64,000 bases of DNA from Minisyncoccota bacterium. GTDB lineage: Bacteria > Patescibacteriota > Minisyncoccia > Phycocordibacterales > UBA2100. The stretch is from NCBI GenBank assembly GCA_035708165.1, contig DASSSZ010000005.1, positions 40,719 to 104,718 of the forward strand, in the 5' to 3' direction. A program made the translations under genes and the position numbers. Positions 18,923 to 28,866 of this stretch are shown here, one piece after another; the first letter of the stretch is position 1, and every line of letters starts with the position of its first letter. A model generated the notes under the pieces. That model saw only the letters and a list, made by a program, of their open reading frames with translations. It was not told the DNA's origin and made no database searches.

Positions 18923-20044
18923 ATGCGCGTACTGACTGATATCCCTGATGATGAGCTCAAAGGCAGGCGCGTGCTCGTGCGCGCCGGCCTCGATGTGCCG
19001 GTCGCTGACGGCAAGGTCGCCGGCGATTTCCGCGTCCAGTCGGCGGTGCCGACGCTGCGCTACCTCTCGGAGCGCGGCGCGAAGGTGATCGTTATCTCGC
19101 ACATCGGCCGCGACCCCAACGAATCCCTCGCGCCGGTCGCCGCGGCGCTCAATGGGCTCATTCCGCTCACGTTCGTGCCGAGTCTCCTCGACGAGACGGT
19201 GCGCCAGCAGCTCGACATCATGAACGACGGCGATATCGTCGTCCTCGAGAACCTGCGGCAGCACCAGGGCGAGACCGGGAACGACCCTGCCTTCGCGCAG
19301 AAGCTCGCCGCGTACGGAGACCTCTACGTGAACGACGCTTTTTCCGTATGTCATCGCGAGCACGCCTCGATCGTGCAGCTCCCGAAGCTCCTGCCGGCAG
19401 CGGCCGGGATCGAGGTTGCGGCAGAAGTCGCGCACCTTGCCGAGGCGCTCGCGCCGCAGGCGCCTTCGCTGTGCATCCTCGCAGGCGCCAAGTTCGAGAC
19501 GAAAGAGCCGCTGATCAGGAAGCTTCTCGGCTCGTACGACCATGTGTTCGTGGGCGGTGCCTTGGCCAACGATATCTTCAAGGCACGCGGTCTCGAGGTG
19601 GGCCGCTCGAAGATCTCCGACGGCGTTCCCTCGGCGGACGTGCTCGGGAATCCGAAGCTCATCGCGCCGGCAGACGTCTCGCTCACGCATGCCGACGGAT
19701 CGGCTGCGATTGCGGCTGCCGACGCGATCGGCGCCGATGATATGGTGATGGACATGGGCCCGCAGACGCTCGAGGAGCTGAAACCCCTGATCGGCGGGGC
19801 GAAGATGATCCTTTGGAACGGCCCGACAGGCATCTACGAGAAAGGGTACGAGCACTTCTCGATCGAACTCGCGAAGCTTATAGCCGATTCGAGCGGCCAC
19901 TCGGTGGTTGGCGGCGGCGACACGGTGACGGCGATCGCGCACGCCGGCCTCATGGACAGGTTCACGTTCGTCTCGACGGGCGGCGGCGCGATGCTGGAAT
20001 ATCTCCTCAACGGGACGCTCCCCGGAATCGACGCGCTGCGATAA
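18923..20044 (+). CDS. pgk: phosphoglycerate kinase
   Basis: SHIGR, LENLR, YVNDAFSVCHR, WNGP.G, GGGDT, STGGGA. Confidence 0.95.
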   Translation: MRVLTDIPDDELKGRRVLVRAGLDVPVADGKVAGDFRVQSAVPTLRYLSERGAKVIVISHIGRDPNESLAPVAAALNGLIPLTFVPSLLDETVRQQLDIMNDGDIVVLENLRQHQGETGNDPAFAQKLAAYGDLYVNDAFSVCHREHASIVQLPKLLPAAAGIEVAAEVAHLAEALAPQAPSLCILAGAKFETKEPLIRKLLGSYDHVFVGGALANDIFKARGLEVGRSKISDGVPSADVLGNPKLIAPADVSLTHADGSAAIAAADAIGADDMVMDMGPQTLEELKPLIGGAKMILWNGPTGIYEKGYEHFSIELAKLIADSSGHSVVGGGDTVTAIAHAGLMDRFTFVSTGGGAMLEYLLNGTLPGIDALR

Positions 20045-20052
20045 GCACGAGG

Positions 20053-20472
20053 CTACGCCGTTTTCTGCACCTCGTGCAGGATGTTCGCTTGCACGGACGC
20101 CGCTTCGCCGTCCGCGTACTGATGCTGCGGCCAGAGATGGAGACCGTCGCCTTTCTGCCGGGGGATGATGTGCACGTGCGGATGATCGATCACCTGGCCG
20201 GCCGTCTCGCGGTTATTCATCATGAGGTTGACGCCGGACGCGCCGAGCGCGCGCTCGATCGGGCCTGCGATCGCGCGCACCGTCTCGCAGACAGCAGCCC
20301 AGTCATCGGCGCTGATATCGAAGATGTTCGTCGCGTGCGCTTTCGGGATCACGAGGGTATGGCCCGGGTTCACCGGGTTGATATCGAGGAAGGCGAGCGT
20401 CCGCTCGTCCTCGTAGATCGTGAACGAAGGAAGCTCGCCCTTCGCGATCTTGCAGAACAGGCACTCAGGCAT
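20053..20472 (-). CDS. HIT family hydrolase
   Basis: CLFCKI, GHTLVIPK, HPHVHIIPR. Confidence 0.93.
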   Translation of the reverse strand: MPECLFCKIAKGELPSFTIYEDERTLAFLDINPVNPGHTLVIPKAHATNIFDISADDWAAVCETVRAIAGPIERALGASGVNLMMNNRETAGQVIDHPHVHIIPRQKGDGLHLWPQHQYADGEAASVQANILHEVQKTA

Positions 20473-20516
20473 GCGTCCAGTATAGCCTGCCTGCCGCGAG
20501 TGCTACAATCCGCCGT

Positions 20517-22226
20517 ATGAGTACGGCAGCTCCTGCGCGCGACCCCCTGATCAGGGAACTCCTCAAGGCGCGAGGGCTCGAGTCGGAGGAAGCGATCGAG
20601 CGATTCCTCAATCCGTCCTACGATGACGAGCTGCACGACCCGTTCCTCATGCGCGGCATGGAGGCGGCAGTCGAGCGTGTGCTCGCCGCGATGGAGAAGG
20701 GCGAGCGCATCGCCGTCTACGCCGATTTCGATTGCGACGGCGTGCCGGGCGCGGCAGTGCTGCTGCAGCTGTTCCAGCGGCTCGAGTACGATGCAGTCGA
20801 ATCGTACATCCCGCACCGCCATCACGAAGGCTACGGCCTGCATATCCCGGCACTCGACACGCTGAAGGAGCGCGGCGTCTCACTGGTGATCACGGTCGAC
20901 CTCGGCACGACCGCGATCGAGCCCGTCGCGCACGCCCGCGCGCTCGGCATCGACGTCATCGTCACCGACCACCACGAGCCGCCTGCGGAGCTCCCTGCGG
21001 CGCTCGCGATCCTTAATCCGAAGTTCGCGCCCTACCCCGACCCGAACCTCTGCGGCGCCGCGACCGCTTGGAAGCTCGCGTGCGCCATCCTTGCGAAAGG
21101 GAAGGAGCGCGGCCTCTCTGCATTCGCATCCGTGAACGAGGGCTGGGAGAAATGGCTGCTGGACCTCGTCGGCATCGCGACGATCGCCGACATGGTGCCG
21201 CTCGTGGGCGAGAACCGCGTGCTCGCGCGCTACGGCCTCATGGTGCTTCGGAAGACCCCGCGGCCCGGCATCGGCGCCTTGATGCGAGAGCTCTCTGCCG
21301 ACCAGCGCGAGCTCACCGAAGACGACATCGGCTTCCTCATCGGGCCGCGCATCAATGCCGCCTCGCGCATGGATGAGCCCGAGCTTGCGCTGCGGCTCCT
21401 CGCGACGCGGCATCCGGGCGAGGCGGCCGGTCTCGCGAAGCAGCTCGAGGGGCTCAATAAGAAGCGCAAAGGCGTCGTCGCGGCGATGACGCGCGAGATC
21501 AATAAGCGCCTGCGCGAACGCGAGATGCACGGCGCGGTGACGGTCCTCGGCGACCCGGAGTGGAAGCCGGCGCTCCTCGGGCTTGCCGCCAACGGCGCCT
21601 TGGAGACCGCGGGCGGCGTCGTGTGTGTCTGGGGGCGTGACGGCGCAGGGAACATCAAGGGGTCGTGCCGGTCGGATGGCAGCATCTCGGTGGTCGAGCT
21701 CTTCCGCGCGGCGGACGACATCCTCACGGAGTACGGCGGCCACCACGCAGCCGGCGGCTTCTCGGTGCCGCACGATGCGATCCATACGCTCGAGGAGGAG
21801 TTCGCACGGCGCGTTGCCGCGTTGCCGCGCGAGGAGCTCTCCCGGGCGATGACGGCGTACGCGGTGCCGCTTGCGCGCGTAGGGCAGGCGTTCTATGACG
21901 CGCTCGCGCAATTCGCGCCGTTCGGCATCGGCAATGAGAAGCCGCTGCTCGCGTTCTCGAATGTCACGATCGCTGCCATACGGCAATTCGGGAAGGCGCA
22001 TGAGCACCTCGAGCTCACGCTCGAGCAGGACGGCGCGCGCAGGAAGGCGGTGAAGTTCTTCGCGAAGCCTGCGGAGTTCTCGCTCGCCCCATCCGCAGGG
22101 GGAGTCGCCACCATCCTCGGAGAACTCGAGCGATCCGTCTTTCGCGGCTCTGTTGAGCTCCGATTGCGGCTCGTGGATATCGTCTCGCCCGGGGCACCCT
22201 GCCGTGCTACCATCGTTTCCATATGA
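20517..22226 (+). CDS. recJ: single-stranded-DNA exonuclease RecJ
   Basis: DFDCDG, EGYGL, ITVD, TDHH, TIADMVPL..ENR, GPRINAASR, GGH..AGG. Confidence 0.93.
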   Translation: MSTAAPARDPLIRELLKARGLESEEAIERFLNPSYDDELHDPFLMRGMEAAVERVLAAMEKGERIAVYADFDCDGVPGAAVLLQLFQRLEYDAVESYIPHRHHEGYGLHIPALDTLKERGVSLVITVDLGTTAIEPVAHARALGIDVIVTDHHEPPAELPAALAILNPKFAPYPDPNLCGAATAWKLACAILAKGKERGLSAFASVNEGWEKWLLDLVGIATIADMVPLVGENRVLARYGLMVLRKTPRPGIGALMRELSADQRELTEDDIGFLIGPRINAASRMDEPELALRLLATRHPGEAAGLAKQLEGLNKKRKGVVAAMTREINKRLREREMHGAVTVLGDPEWKPALLGLAANGALETAGGVVCVWGRDGAGNIKGSCRSDGSISVVELFRAADDILTEYGGHHAAGGFSVPHDAIHTLEEEFARRVAALPREELSRAMTAYAVPLARVGQAFYDALAQFAPFGIGNEKPLLAFSNVTIAAIRQFGKAHEHLELTLEQDGARRKAVKFFAKPAEFSLAPSAGGVATILGELERSVFRGSVELRLRLVDIVSPGAPCRATIVSI

Positions 22227-22903
22227 GCAATACATTCTCGGTAAAGGAGTGCATCGCGTTCGGCTGGAACCGGTTCAAGGAACGGCCCGGGCTCTTCGTC
22301 GCGGTGACGTTCGTCCTGGTGTGGCTGCCTGCCATTATCAATAATCTCGTGCGTGCGCCGCAGGACGCCTCGTCAGTCGTGGCGGCGCTCGCGGGGATCA
22401 TCGGGATCGTCATGACGATCGTCGGCATCTATATCAGCATGGGGCTGATCACGTTCGCGCTCGCAGTGCACGAGAATGCGCACGAAGCCGGCTGGAAGGA
22501 TGCATGGGCGCCGCATCCGTTCTGGAAATTCCTCCTGACGGAGATCATGCTCGCGATCGTCGTCATCATCGGCTTCATCCTGCTCATCGTGCCGGGCATC
22601 ATCCTCTCGCTCGGGCTTTCCTTCGTGCAATACCTGGTCATGGATCGCGGGATCGGCTACCTCGATGCGATGAAGGAGAGCTGGCGGATCACGAAGGGGC
22701 ATAAGTGGCAGCTGCTCGGCCTTTTCATCCTGCTGTGCCTCATCAATATCCTCGGATTCGTCTGCCTCATCGTGGGCACGCTCGTGACGATCCCGCTCAC
22801 GTGGTTCGCGATGGCGCACGCCTACCGCGTGCTCGAGCACCAGGCGCACGAGATCGAGACGGTCCCGGCTGCAGCCGAGCCGCAGGCAGGAGCGGCGGCC
22901 TAG
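22223..22903 (+). CDS. membrane protein (DUF975/YciC-like)
   Basis: LLIVPGI..., AMKESWRITKGHKW pattern. Confidence 0.75.
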   Translation: MSNTFSVKECIAFGWNRFKERPGLFVAVTFVLVWLPAIINNLVRAPQDASSVVAALAGIIGIVMTIVGIYISMGLITFALAVHENAHEAGWKDAWAPHPFWKFLLTEIMLAIVVIIGFILLIVPGIILSLGLSFVQYLVMDRGIGYLDAMKESWRITKGHKWQLLGLFILLCLINILGFVCLIVGTLVTIPLTWFAMAHAYRVLEHQAHEIETVPAAAEPQAGAAA

Positions 22904-22905
22904 GC

Positions 22906-23325
22906 ATGGCTGCGATCACGATCAATACCGATGGCGGCGCCCGGGGGAACCCCGGGCCTGCGGCCGCCGGTGCCGTGATCCGCGATGGCGACATCACGAT
23001 CGCGCAGGTATCGTCCTATCTCGGCGAGCGCACGAACAACTGGGCGGAGTACGAGGCGCTCATCCGCGGGATCGAGGCCGCGAAAGAAGCGCTCGGGGAG
23101 CGCCTCGGCGAGGAGCCGGTGGAGATCCGGATGGATAGCGAGCTCATCGTGAAGCAGATGCGCGGCGAGTACAAGGTGAAGGATGCGGCGCTGCGCGATC
23201 AGCACATGCGCGTGCGTACGCTTCTCGAGTCCATCCCGAACGCGACGTTCGTGCACGTGCCGCGCGCGCAGAACGCGGAGGCGGATGCCTTGGTCAACGA
23301 GGCGCTCGACGCCGCGCTCCTGTAA
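22906..23325 (+). CDS. rnhA: ribonuclease HI (archaeal/Gram-positive type)
   Basis: TDGGARGNPGPA, TNNWAEYEA, DSELIV.Q, HVPR..N..AD. Confidence 0.93.
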   Translation: MAAITINTDGGARGNPGPAAAGAVIRDGDITIAQVSSYLGERTNNWAEYEALIRGIEAAKEALGERLGEEPVEIRMDSELIVKQMRGEYKVKDAALRDQHMRVRTLLESIPNATFVHVPRAQNAEADALVNEALDAALL

Positions 23326-23416
23326 GTTCATGCAGGGCTCAGGCGTCCGCAGTAGCCTATCCCCGGCATGACCCGATTCTCCATTCCATCAATCAACGTA
23401 ACGCAGCTGAAATCGT

Positions 23417-23743
23417 ATGACTGAAACAACTGAACGCAAGGTCTACCCCGGCATCGGCGGGTTCGTCGAGTTCATCCGCGAGCAAGGCGTCGTCGGGCTC
23501 GCGATCGGCTTCATCCTCGGCGGCGCGGTCAATACTGTCGTGCAGTCGCTCGTGAACAGCATCATCAATCCGCTCATCACTCTCGGCTTCGGCAGCATCA
23601 AGACGCTTTCGGCGTGGTCGGTCGGGCCGGTGGGCGTGGGTGCGTTCCTCTCCGCCCTCATCAATCTCATCATCATGGCCGCGGTGGTGTACTTCATCTT
23701 CAAAGGCTTGGGGCTCGACCACCTCGATAAGCCGAAGAAGTGA
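23417..23743 (+). CDS. mscL: large-conductance mechanosensitive channel MscL family
   Basis: FIREQGVVGLAIGFILG..V.SLV..IINP, GAFLSALIN. Confidence 0.88.
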   Translation: MTETTERKVYPGIGGFVEFIREQGVVGLAIGFILGGAVNTVVQSLVNSIINPLITLGFGSIKTLSAWSVGPVGVGAFLSALINLIIMAAVVYFIFKGLGLDHLDKPKK

Positions 23744-25368
23744 TGGACGAGGGCTTCGCGCGCGCCCCGGAGCGCGCGGGCAGGGAAGCAGCAGCGGTGT
23801 ACGGCGTGAGCGCGGCCATCCTGGCGGGGGTCGCGCTCCGTTCATTCGTGCCGTTCGGCGGGCCGGTCATGGCATGCGTGCTGCTTGCGGCTGGCTGCCT
23901 CGTGCTCGCATCCCTTGCCGCGCGCCGTAGAGCGTGGATGACGCTTGCGGCGGTTTTCCTCATCGCGCTCTCGCTGGGCATGTGGCGGATGGATGCGGCG
24001 TCGCATCTCTCCGATCCCGCCCTCGACCGCGCCCTCGGGCAGCAGGTGGCGCTCGAAGGGGTGATCAGCGCCGATGCCGACCGGCGCGAATCCTCGACCC
24101 TGCTCTCCGTGAGGGCGGACGCGCTCGTCATGGGAGGCGCGACAACGAGCATCTCAGCGACCGTACTCGCTGTCGCCGATCCCTACGCGCAGGGGGCGTA
24201 CGGGGACCGGGTCCGGATCGAAGGGCAGCTCGCCTTGCCGGAAGCGTTCGATACGGACACCGGCCGCCAGTTCGACTACCCCGGCTACCTCGCGGCGCAG
24301 GGGATCGCGTACGAGGTGATGGGCCCGGCGATAACGGTCATCTCGCATGGGCATGGCAATGGCATCATGGCCTGGCTGCTCGCGCTCAAGCATGGGTATC
24401 TCAGCGGGCTCACGCGCGCGCTGCCGTTGCCAGAGTCGGCGCTTGCGGGCGGCATCACGGCAGGGGACAAGCGCGCGCTCGGGAAGGAGCTGTTAGCTGA
24501 TTTCCGCACTGCCGGCATCGTGCACATCGTCGTCCTCTCGGGGTACAACGTGACGATCATCGCCGAGAGCGTGATGGCGATTCTCGGCTTCCTGCCGCGC
24601 GCGTTCGGCATCACGGCGGGCGCGCTCGGGATCGCGGCATTCGCCGCGATGACAGGCGGCAGCGCCTCGATCGTGCGCGCGAGCATCATGGCCGTGCTCG
24701 CGCTTGTCGCGCAGGCCATCCGCCGGCCGTATGCGATCCTGCGTGCGCTCGTGCTCACCGTAGTCGGCATGGTGCTCTGGAATCCGTTCATCCTCATCCA
24801 TGACCCGGGATTCCAGCTTTCGGTCATCGCGACGCTCGGCCTCATCTTCGTGACGCCGCTCCTCGTCGAACGCATGGGATGGCTCACGGAGCGCTTCGGC
24901 ATCCGCGAGATCGTCGGCGCGACGCTCGGGACGCAGCTCTCGGTGCTGCCGCTCCTCCTCTGGCAGATGGGGACCTTGAGCCTCGTCGCGCTGCCGGTCA
25001 ACGTCCTGGTCCTCGCGGTCGTGCCGGCGGCGATGCTGCTCTCGGCGCTCGCCGCGCTCGCAGGGATCCTGCTGCCGTGGCTCGCGCCGATGCTCGGGCT
25101 GCCGGCGTATGTGCTCCTTGCGTACATGCTCGCGATCGTGCACGCGAGCGTATCCGTGCCGTTCGCCGCGCTCGCGGTACCGCCATTCCCGGCTCCCGTC
25201 ATGCTGCTCTCCTACGCAGGGCTGATCGCGCTTCTCGTAGCGGTGCATCGTAAAAGGATCGCGGCCGCTTCCGTGAAAGAAGCGGCCGCGGCGCTATCCG
25301 GCGATCTTCTGACCGGGCTGTCGCCCGTGACTACCGGTGCGGAGACGGGCGGCGAGGCACAAGCGTGA
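23740..25368 (+). CDS. comEC: ComEC/Rec2 competence protein (DUF4131 + competence domain)
   Basis: FDY..YL, G..HIVVLSGYN, SIVRASIM, GFQLS. Confidence 0.92.
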   Translation: MMDEGFARAPERAGREAAAVYGVSAAILAGVALRSFVPFGGPVMACVLLAAGCLVLASLAARRRAWMTLAAVFLIALSLGMWRMDAASHLSDPALDRALGQQVALEGVISADADRRESSTLLSVRADALVMGGATTSISATVLAVADPYAQGAYGDRVRIEGQLALPEAFDTDTGRQFDYPGYLAAQGIAYEVMGPAITVISHGHGNGIMAWLLALKHGYLSGLTRALPLPESALAGGITAGDKRALGKELLADFRTAGIVHIVVLSGYNVTIIAESVMAILGFLPRAFGITAGALGIAAFAAMTGGSASIVRASIMAVLALVAQAIRRPYAILRALVLTVVGMVLWNPFILIHDPGFQLSVIATLGLIFVTPLLVERMGWLTERFGIREIVGATLGTQLSVLPLLLWQMGTLSLVALPVNVLVLAVVPAAMLLSALAALAGILLPWLAPMLGLPAYVLLAYMLAIVHASVSVPFAALAVPPFPAPVMLLSYAGLIALLVAVHRKRIAAASVKEAAAALSGDLLTGLSPVTTGAETGGEAQA

Positions 25369-25618
25369 GTTCCGCGAAGCGCTTCGAGAGCGCCGAGAAC
25401 AAGCGGCCCCACGGCGAGGCGGCCTCGTCATCGAGCGCTGGTCCTTGCACGATGCAGAACGTCGCGTGAATCTCGCGCAGCAAGGCGACATCCGTGATCT
25501 CGGGGACGATAACGACGAAGCACTCGGCGAGGAAGCGCCCCACGGCTGCCTGGCTGTGCGCATCGAGCGCCCGCGCGCGCTTGCAGATCAAGGCGAGGTG
25601 CGCTGAATCAGGATTCAT
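25331..25618 (-). CDS. hypothetical protein
   Basis: Strong AAGGAGGT Shine-Dalgarno upstream of ATG. Confidence 0.55.
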   Translation of the reverse strand: MNPDSAHLALICKRARALDAHSQAAVGRFLAECFVVIVPEITDVALLREIHATFCIVQGPALDDEAASPWGRLFSALSKRFAELTLVPRRPSPHR

Positions 25619-25690
25619 TCCTACCTCCTTCGAAAGGACTTGCGACACTATATGCATTCGGGAGGGAAAAGGGAAGCGGGGCTCCGGACG

Positions 25691-26296
25691 CTAAGCCTCG
25701 GCAGTGGCTGCGGCGAACCGATCTTCGATGACGCGCCAATTGAGATTCCGGAGGAATGCCTCGATATGCGTTCCTTTCTCGGCCGGCAGGTAGTCGACCA
25801 TGTAGGAATGCTCCCACATGTCCATCGCGAGCAGGATCTCCACGTCGGCGAGCATGCCGAGCTCGTGATCGGTCGTCCACCACACGTGCGGCGTGCCGCC
25901 CTTCTGGTCCCATGCGAGCGTGCACCAGCCGCTGCCGCGGCTCATGCCGACCTTCGTGAAGTGCGCGATGAACCCATCCCACGAGCCGTACTTCTCCGAA
26001 AGCGCATTCCCGAGGGCGCTCTCGCGGGGCGCCTCGGTGGCGCCGCCTTCCCACTGCGGGAAGTAGAACTCATGCATGCGCATGCCGTTGAACTCGAAGC
26101 CGAGCCTGCGGCGGACCGATTCGATCGCGAACGCATACTTCTCCGGATCTTCTGCGGTAAGGTCGGCGATCTGCGAGCGCAGGAGGTTGATCTGCTTCAC
26201 GTAGCCTTGGTAGAGGCCGAGGTGCACCTCGATCTGCTTGTCGGAGATACCCTCGAGGGAGGGGATATCGAACGTACGCGCTTCGTATGTATGCAT
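25691..26296 (-). CDS. sod: Fe/Mn superoxide dismutase
   Basis: H..LY.GYV, FEFNGMRMHEFYF, G.GW, DMWEHSYMVDY. Confidence 0.93.
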   Translation of the reverse strand: MHTYEARTFDIPSLEGISDKQIEVHLGLYQGYVKQINLLRSQIADLTAEDPEKYAFAIESVRRRLGFEFNGMRMHEFYFPQWEGGATEAPRESALGNALSEKYGSWDGFIAHFTKVGMSRGSGWCTLAWDQKGGTPHVWWTTDHELGMLADVEILLAMDMWEHSYMVDYLPAEKGTHIEAFLRNLNWRVIEDRFAAATAEA

Positions 26297-26377
26297 AAGT
26301 GTACGGGCTAGGGATGCTATGCGTGCAGTATACCTCGCAAAGAAATGACCCGGAGGTGAACTCCGGGCCGTCTCGTT

Positions 26378-26653
26378 TCAGAATCGGATCTGGTGCGGCG
26401 CGAGCTTGCGCTTGCGGAACCGTGCGTCCCACCAGCCGGTCTTCCTGTGCGGATCGTCTTCGGGATGCTGCTGCATCCTCGCGTCGTATCCGGCACGGTA
26501 GGCCGGGTCGTCCGATTGCGGCGGCATGCGCTCGCGGGCATCGTAGTAGCCGAGATCCCGCTTGGTCGTATCGTCTACCGGCTCGGCGAGATGCGCGAAC
26601 CGGCGATCGGGTTCTATGCGGGGCGTGAACGGGTCCTGTACGTTGTTGTACAT
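26378..26653 (-). CDS. hypothetical protein
   Basis: GGGAG Shine-Dalgarno; repeated G(Y/W)(x)DAR motif; hairpin downstream at 26349-26367. Confidence 0.55.
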   Translation of the reverse strand: MYNNVQDPFTPRIEPDRRFAHLAEPVDDTTKRDLGYYDARERMPPQSDDPAYRAGYDARMQQHPEDDPHRKTGWWDARFRKRKLAPHQIRF

Positions 26654-26754
26654 CAGACATCTCCCATGACTCTGTCCCGATACTAGCGGGCGCGGCAATG
26701 AAGCGCAAGCCAAGGGCTATACTCAGGGCAATGGTCCAGAATGGCGCGCGGAGC

Positions 26755-27612
26755 ATGCGGCTGCTCCTTCTTACGCTTTTCCTGCTCGCGCTCGCTGCCG
26801 GCCTCATCTGGTACCTGGCATGGCCGTCGTTTCAGCCGCGGCGCCTCACTGTCGCGTTCCTCGACGTGGGGCAGGGCGACGCGATCCTCATCGAATCGCC
26901 TACAGGCACGACGGTGCTCGTGGATGGCGGCCCCGGCAACGCGGTGCTCGGACGCCTGCCGGAGGTCATGCCATGGTGGGATCGCTCGATCGACATGATC
27001 GTGCCGACGCACCCGGATGCCGATCACATCGCGGGCCTCATCGGCGTGCTCGGGCGCTACCGGGTCGGCCGCGTGCTGCAATCGAGCGTCGAGGGGAGCA
27101 CTGCTACCTGGCGCGCGCTCGAGTCTGCGATCGCTGCCGATCACGTGCCGACGATGATCGCGACGCGCGGGCAGGTCTTCGATCTCGGCGGGGGCGCGTC
27201 CCTCGAGGTGCTCTTCCCGGATCGCCTGCTCCCGCATACCGAGACGAACACCGCGAGCATCGTTGCGCGGCTCGTCTACGGCAGCACGTCGTTCCTCCTG
27301 ACGGGCGATTCGCCGCAGCCGATCGAGGACTACCTTGTCTCGCTCGACGCGGACGATGGGATGCTCGCGAGCACGATCCTGAAGGCCGGCCACCACGGGT
27401 CCGCGCACTCATCCTCCCCGCTCTATGTGGGAACGGTTGATCCGCAGGCGGTCGTCTACTCGCGCGGCTGCAAGAATACGTACGGCTTCCCGGCCAGCGC
27501 GACGGTCGCGACATTCGAGCGCTTCGGCATCCCTGCGCATGACACGTGCGAGGAGGGGACGCTCGTCTTCTCCTCGGATGGAACGACGGTCTCGCTCCGC
27601 ACGCTGCGCTAG
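26755..27612 (+). CDS. ComEC-type metallo-beta-lactamase-fold nuclease
   Basis: FLDVGQGDA, THPDADHIAG, LLTGD, KAGHHGS. Confidence 0.9.
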   Translation: MRLLLLTLFLLALAAGLIWYLAWPSFQPRRLTVAFLDVGQGDAILIESPTGTTVLVDGGPGNAVLGRLPEVMPWWDRSIDMIVPTHPDADHIAGLIGVLGRYRVGRVLQSSVEGSTATWRALESAIAADHVPTMIATRGQVFDLGGGASLEVLFPDRLLPHTETNTASIVARLVYGSTSFLLTGDSPQPIEDYLVSLDADDGMLASTILKAGHHGSAHSSSPLYVGTVDPQAVVYSRGCKNTYGFPASATVATFERFGIPAHDTCEEGTLVFSSDGTTVSLRTLR

Positions 27613-27618
27613 CTTCAC

Positions 27619-27647
27619 TTGATTTTCAAAAATACATATTGTATAAT
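27619..27647 (+). promoter_or_regulatory. sigma70 promoter
   Basis: TTGATT-17nt-TATAAT. Confidence 0.7.
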
Positions 27648-27685
27648 GCAGACCGGTTCAAGCACGCGCACTCAGGAGGGAATCC

Positions 27686-28123
27686 ATGCGCCGCATCCTC
27701 GCTCTTTTCGCATCTGCTGCAGTCGCAGCCGTCGCCTTCGCAGGTACGGCCGCACCCGCCTCTGCCAATGATCTCGCAGGACGCGTGATCACCGGCATCG
27801 CCGGCGCCTTCATCGGCGTCGTGGCGGATCAGGCATTCTTCCAGCCGGCGCGGCATGCGACCGGGCTGATCCTGCCACAGCAGGCGTGCCACTATACCGG
27901 CTATTACGACCGGTGGGGGCATCTCCACCAGACAGGGCGGATCTGCACGCAGGTCTATCAGCAGCCGCAGCCGTGGCGCGGCAATGGCGGCTGGCACCGG
28001 AACGGGCATCCTTGGCCGCATGACGGCCATATGATCCTCGTGCCGGTCGTGCCGGGCCCGCAGCCGATCCCGCTGCAGCAGCACCGCTGCTGGCGGATGA
28101 ACGGGCACATGGTCTGTTCCTGA
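27686..28123 (+). CDS. secreted hypothetical protein
   Basis: Signal peptide; GGAGG Shine-Dalgarno; hairpin plus T-run terminator at 28140-28169. Confidence 0.7.
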   Translation: MRRILALFASAAVAAVAFAGTAAPASANDLAGRVITGIAGAFIGVVADQAFFQPARHATGLILPQQACHYTGYYDRWGHLHQTGRICTQVYQQPQPWRGNGGWHRNGHPWPHDGHMILVPVVPGPQPIPLQQHRCWRMNGHMVCS

Positions 28124-28219
28124 TCGAAGCGAGCGCGAGCCGGGGCGTAATGTCCCGGCTTTCTTTTTTCCGCGTGGGCGCTATAACTGCCCTAGGCGAA
28201 CGGCTACAAGGAGGTTCTC

Positions 28220-28534
28220 ATGCGTCTCGTCGGCCTTCTCGCGGTGCTCGGCTGCCTCATGTTCGCGACGGCCGCACCGGCATCCCAGATGATCGCGACC
28301 CGCAACGGCGTGCCGGATCCGCACGCGCGCGGGCACAATTGCGTGGCGTGCCACTGGCATGCGCCGCCCGTCATCATCAAGGGGGACGAGCACTGCGCGA
28401 GCTGCCATCTGCCGGCGACGCAGGGAGATGTCGCCGCCTCGCGCATGTGCCGGCGGTTCCCGTGCCCCTGGCTCTTCTGGGATACGGACGGCAAGCCATA
28501 CCCGTTCGGCAATCTCAATGTCGTGCGGCGCTGA
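28220..28534 (+). CDS. small secreted protein with two CxxCH motifs (c-type cytochrome-like)
   Basis: Signal peptide; CVACH and CASCH; AAGGAGGT Shine-Dalgarno. Confidence 0.65.
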   Translation: MRLVGLLAVLGCLMFATAAPASQMIATRNGVPDPHARGHNCVACHWHAPPVIIKGDEHCASCHLPATQGDVAASRMCRRFPCPWLFWDTDGKPYPFGNLNVVRR

Positions 28535-28544
28535 GCGCAACGAA

Positions 28545-28574
28545 AACGGCCCGAGAGCATGCTCTCGGGCCGTT
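28545..28574. terminator. perfect 30-bp palindrome between convergent genes
   Basis: AACGGCCCGAGAGCA|TGCTCTCGGGCCGTT. Confidence 0.7.
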
Positions 28575-28596
28575 CCTTCTGCCGGGCGGCTAGGTA

Positions 28597-28839
28597 TTAG
28601 ATGAGTCCTGCCTTCTTCAGCGTCCGGAAGGCGCCATTCTTCTTGATGGTCTTGAGGCCCTTCGTCGAGACGGTGACGGAGACGCTCTTGCCGAGCTCCG
28701 GCACGAAGACCGCCTTCTTCTGGAGGTTGACCTGGCGGCGGCGCTTGCCTGTGAGGTTGAACTTGGTCGCGCGGGTCTCGTTGCTGTACCCGCCGCCCAC
28801 GCGCGAGCGCTTGCCGGTGATTGCGCAGACTTTTGCCAT
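28597..28839 (-). CDS. rpmB: 50S ribosomal protein L28
   Basis: MAKVCAITGK...KRRRQVNLQKK...VSTKGLKTIKK. Confidence 0.92.
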   Translation of the reverse strand: MAKVCAITGKRSRVGGGYSNETRATKFNLTGKRRRQVNLQKKAVFVPELGKSVSVTVSTKGLKTIKKNGAFRTLKKAGLI

Positions 28840-28866
28840 AACGCTCGCGATGGTACCATCGGAATC

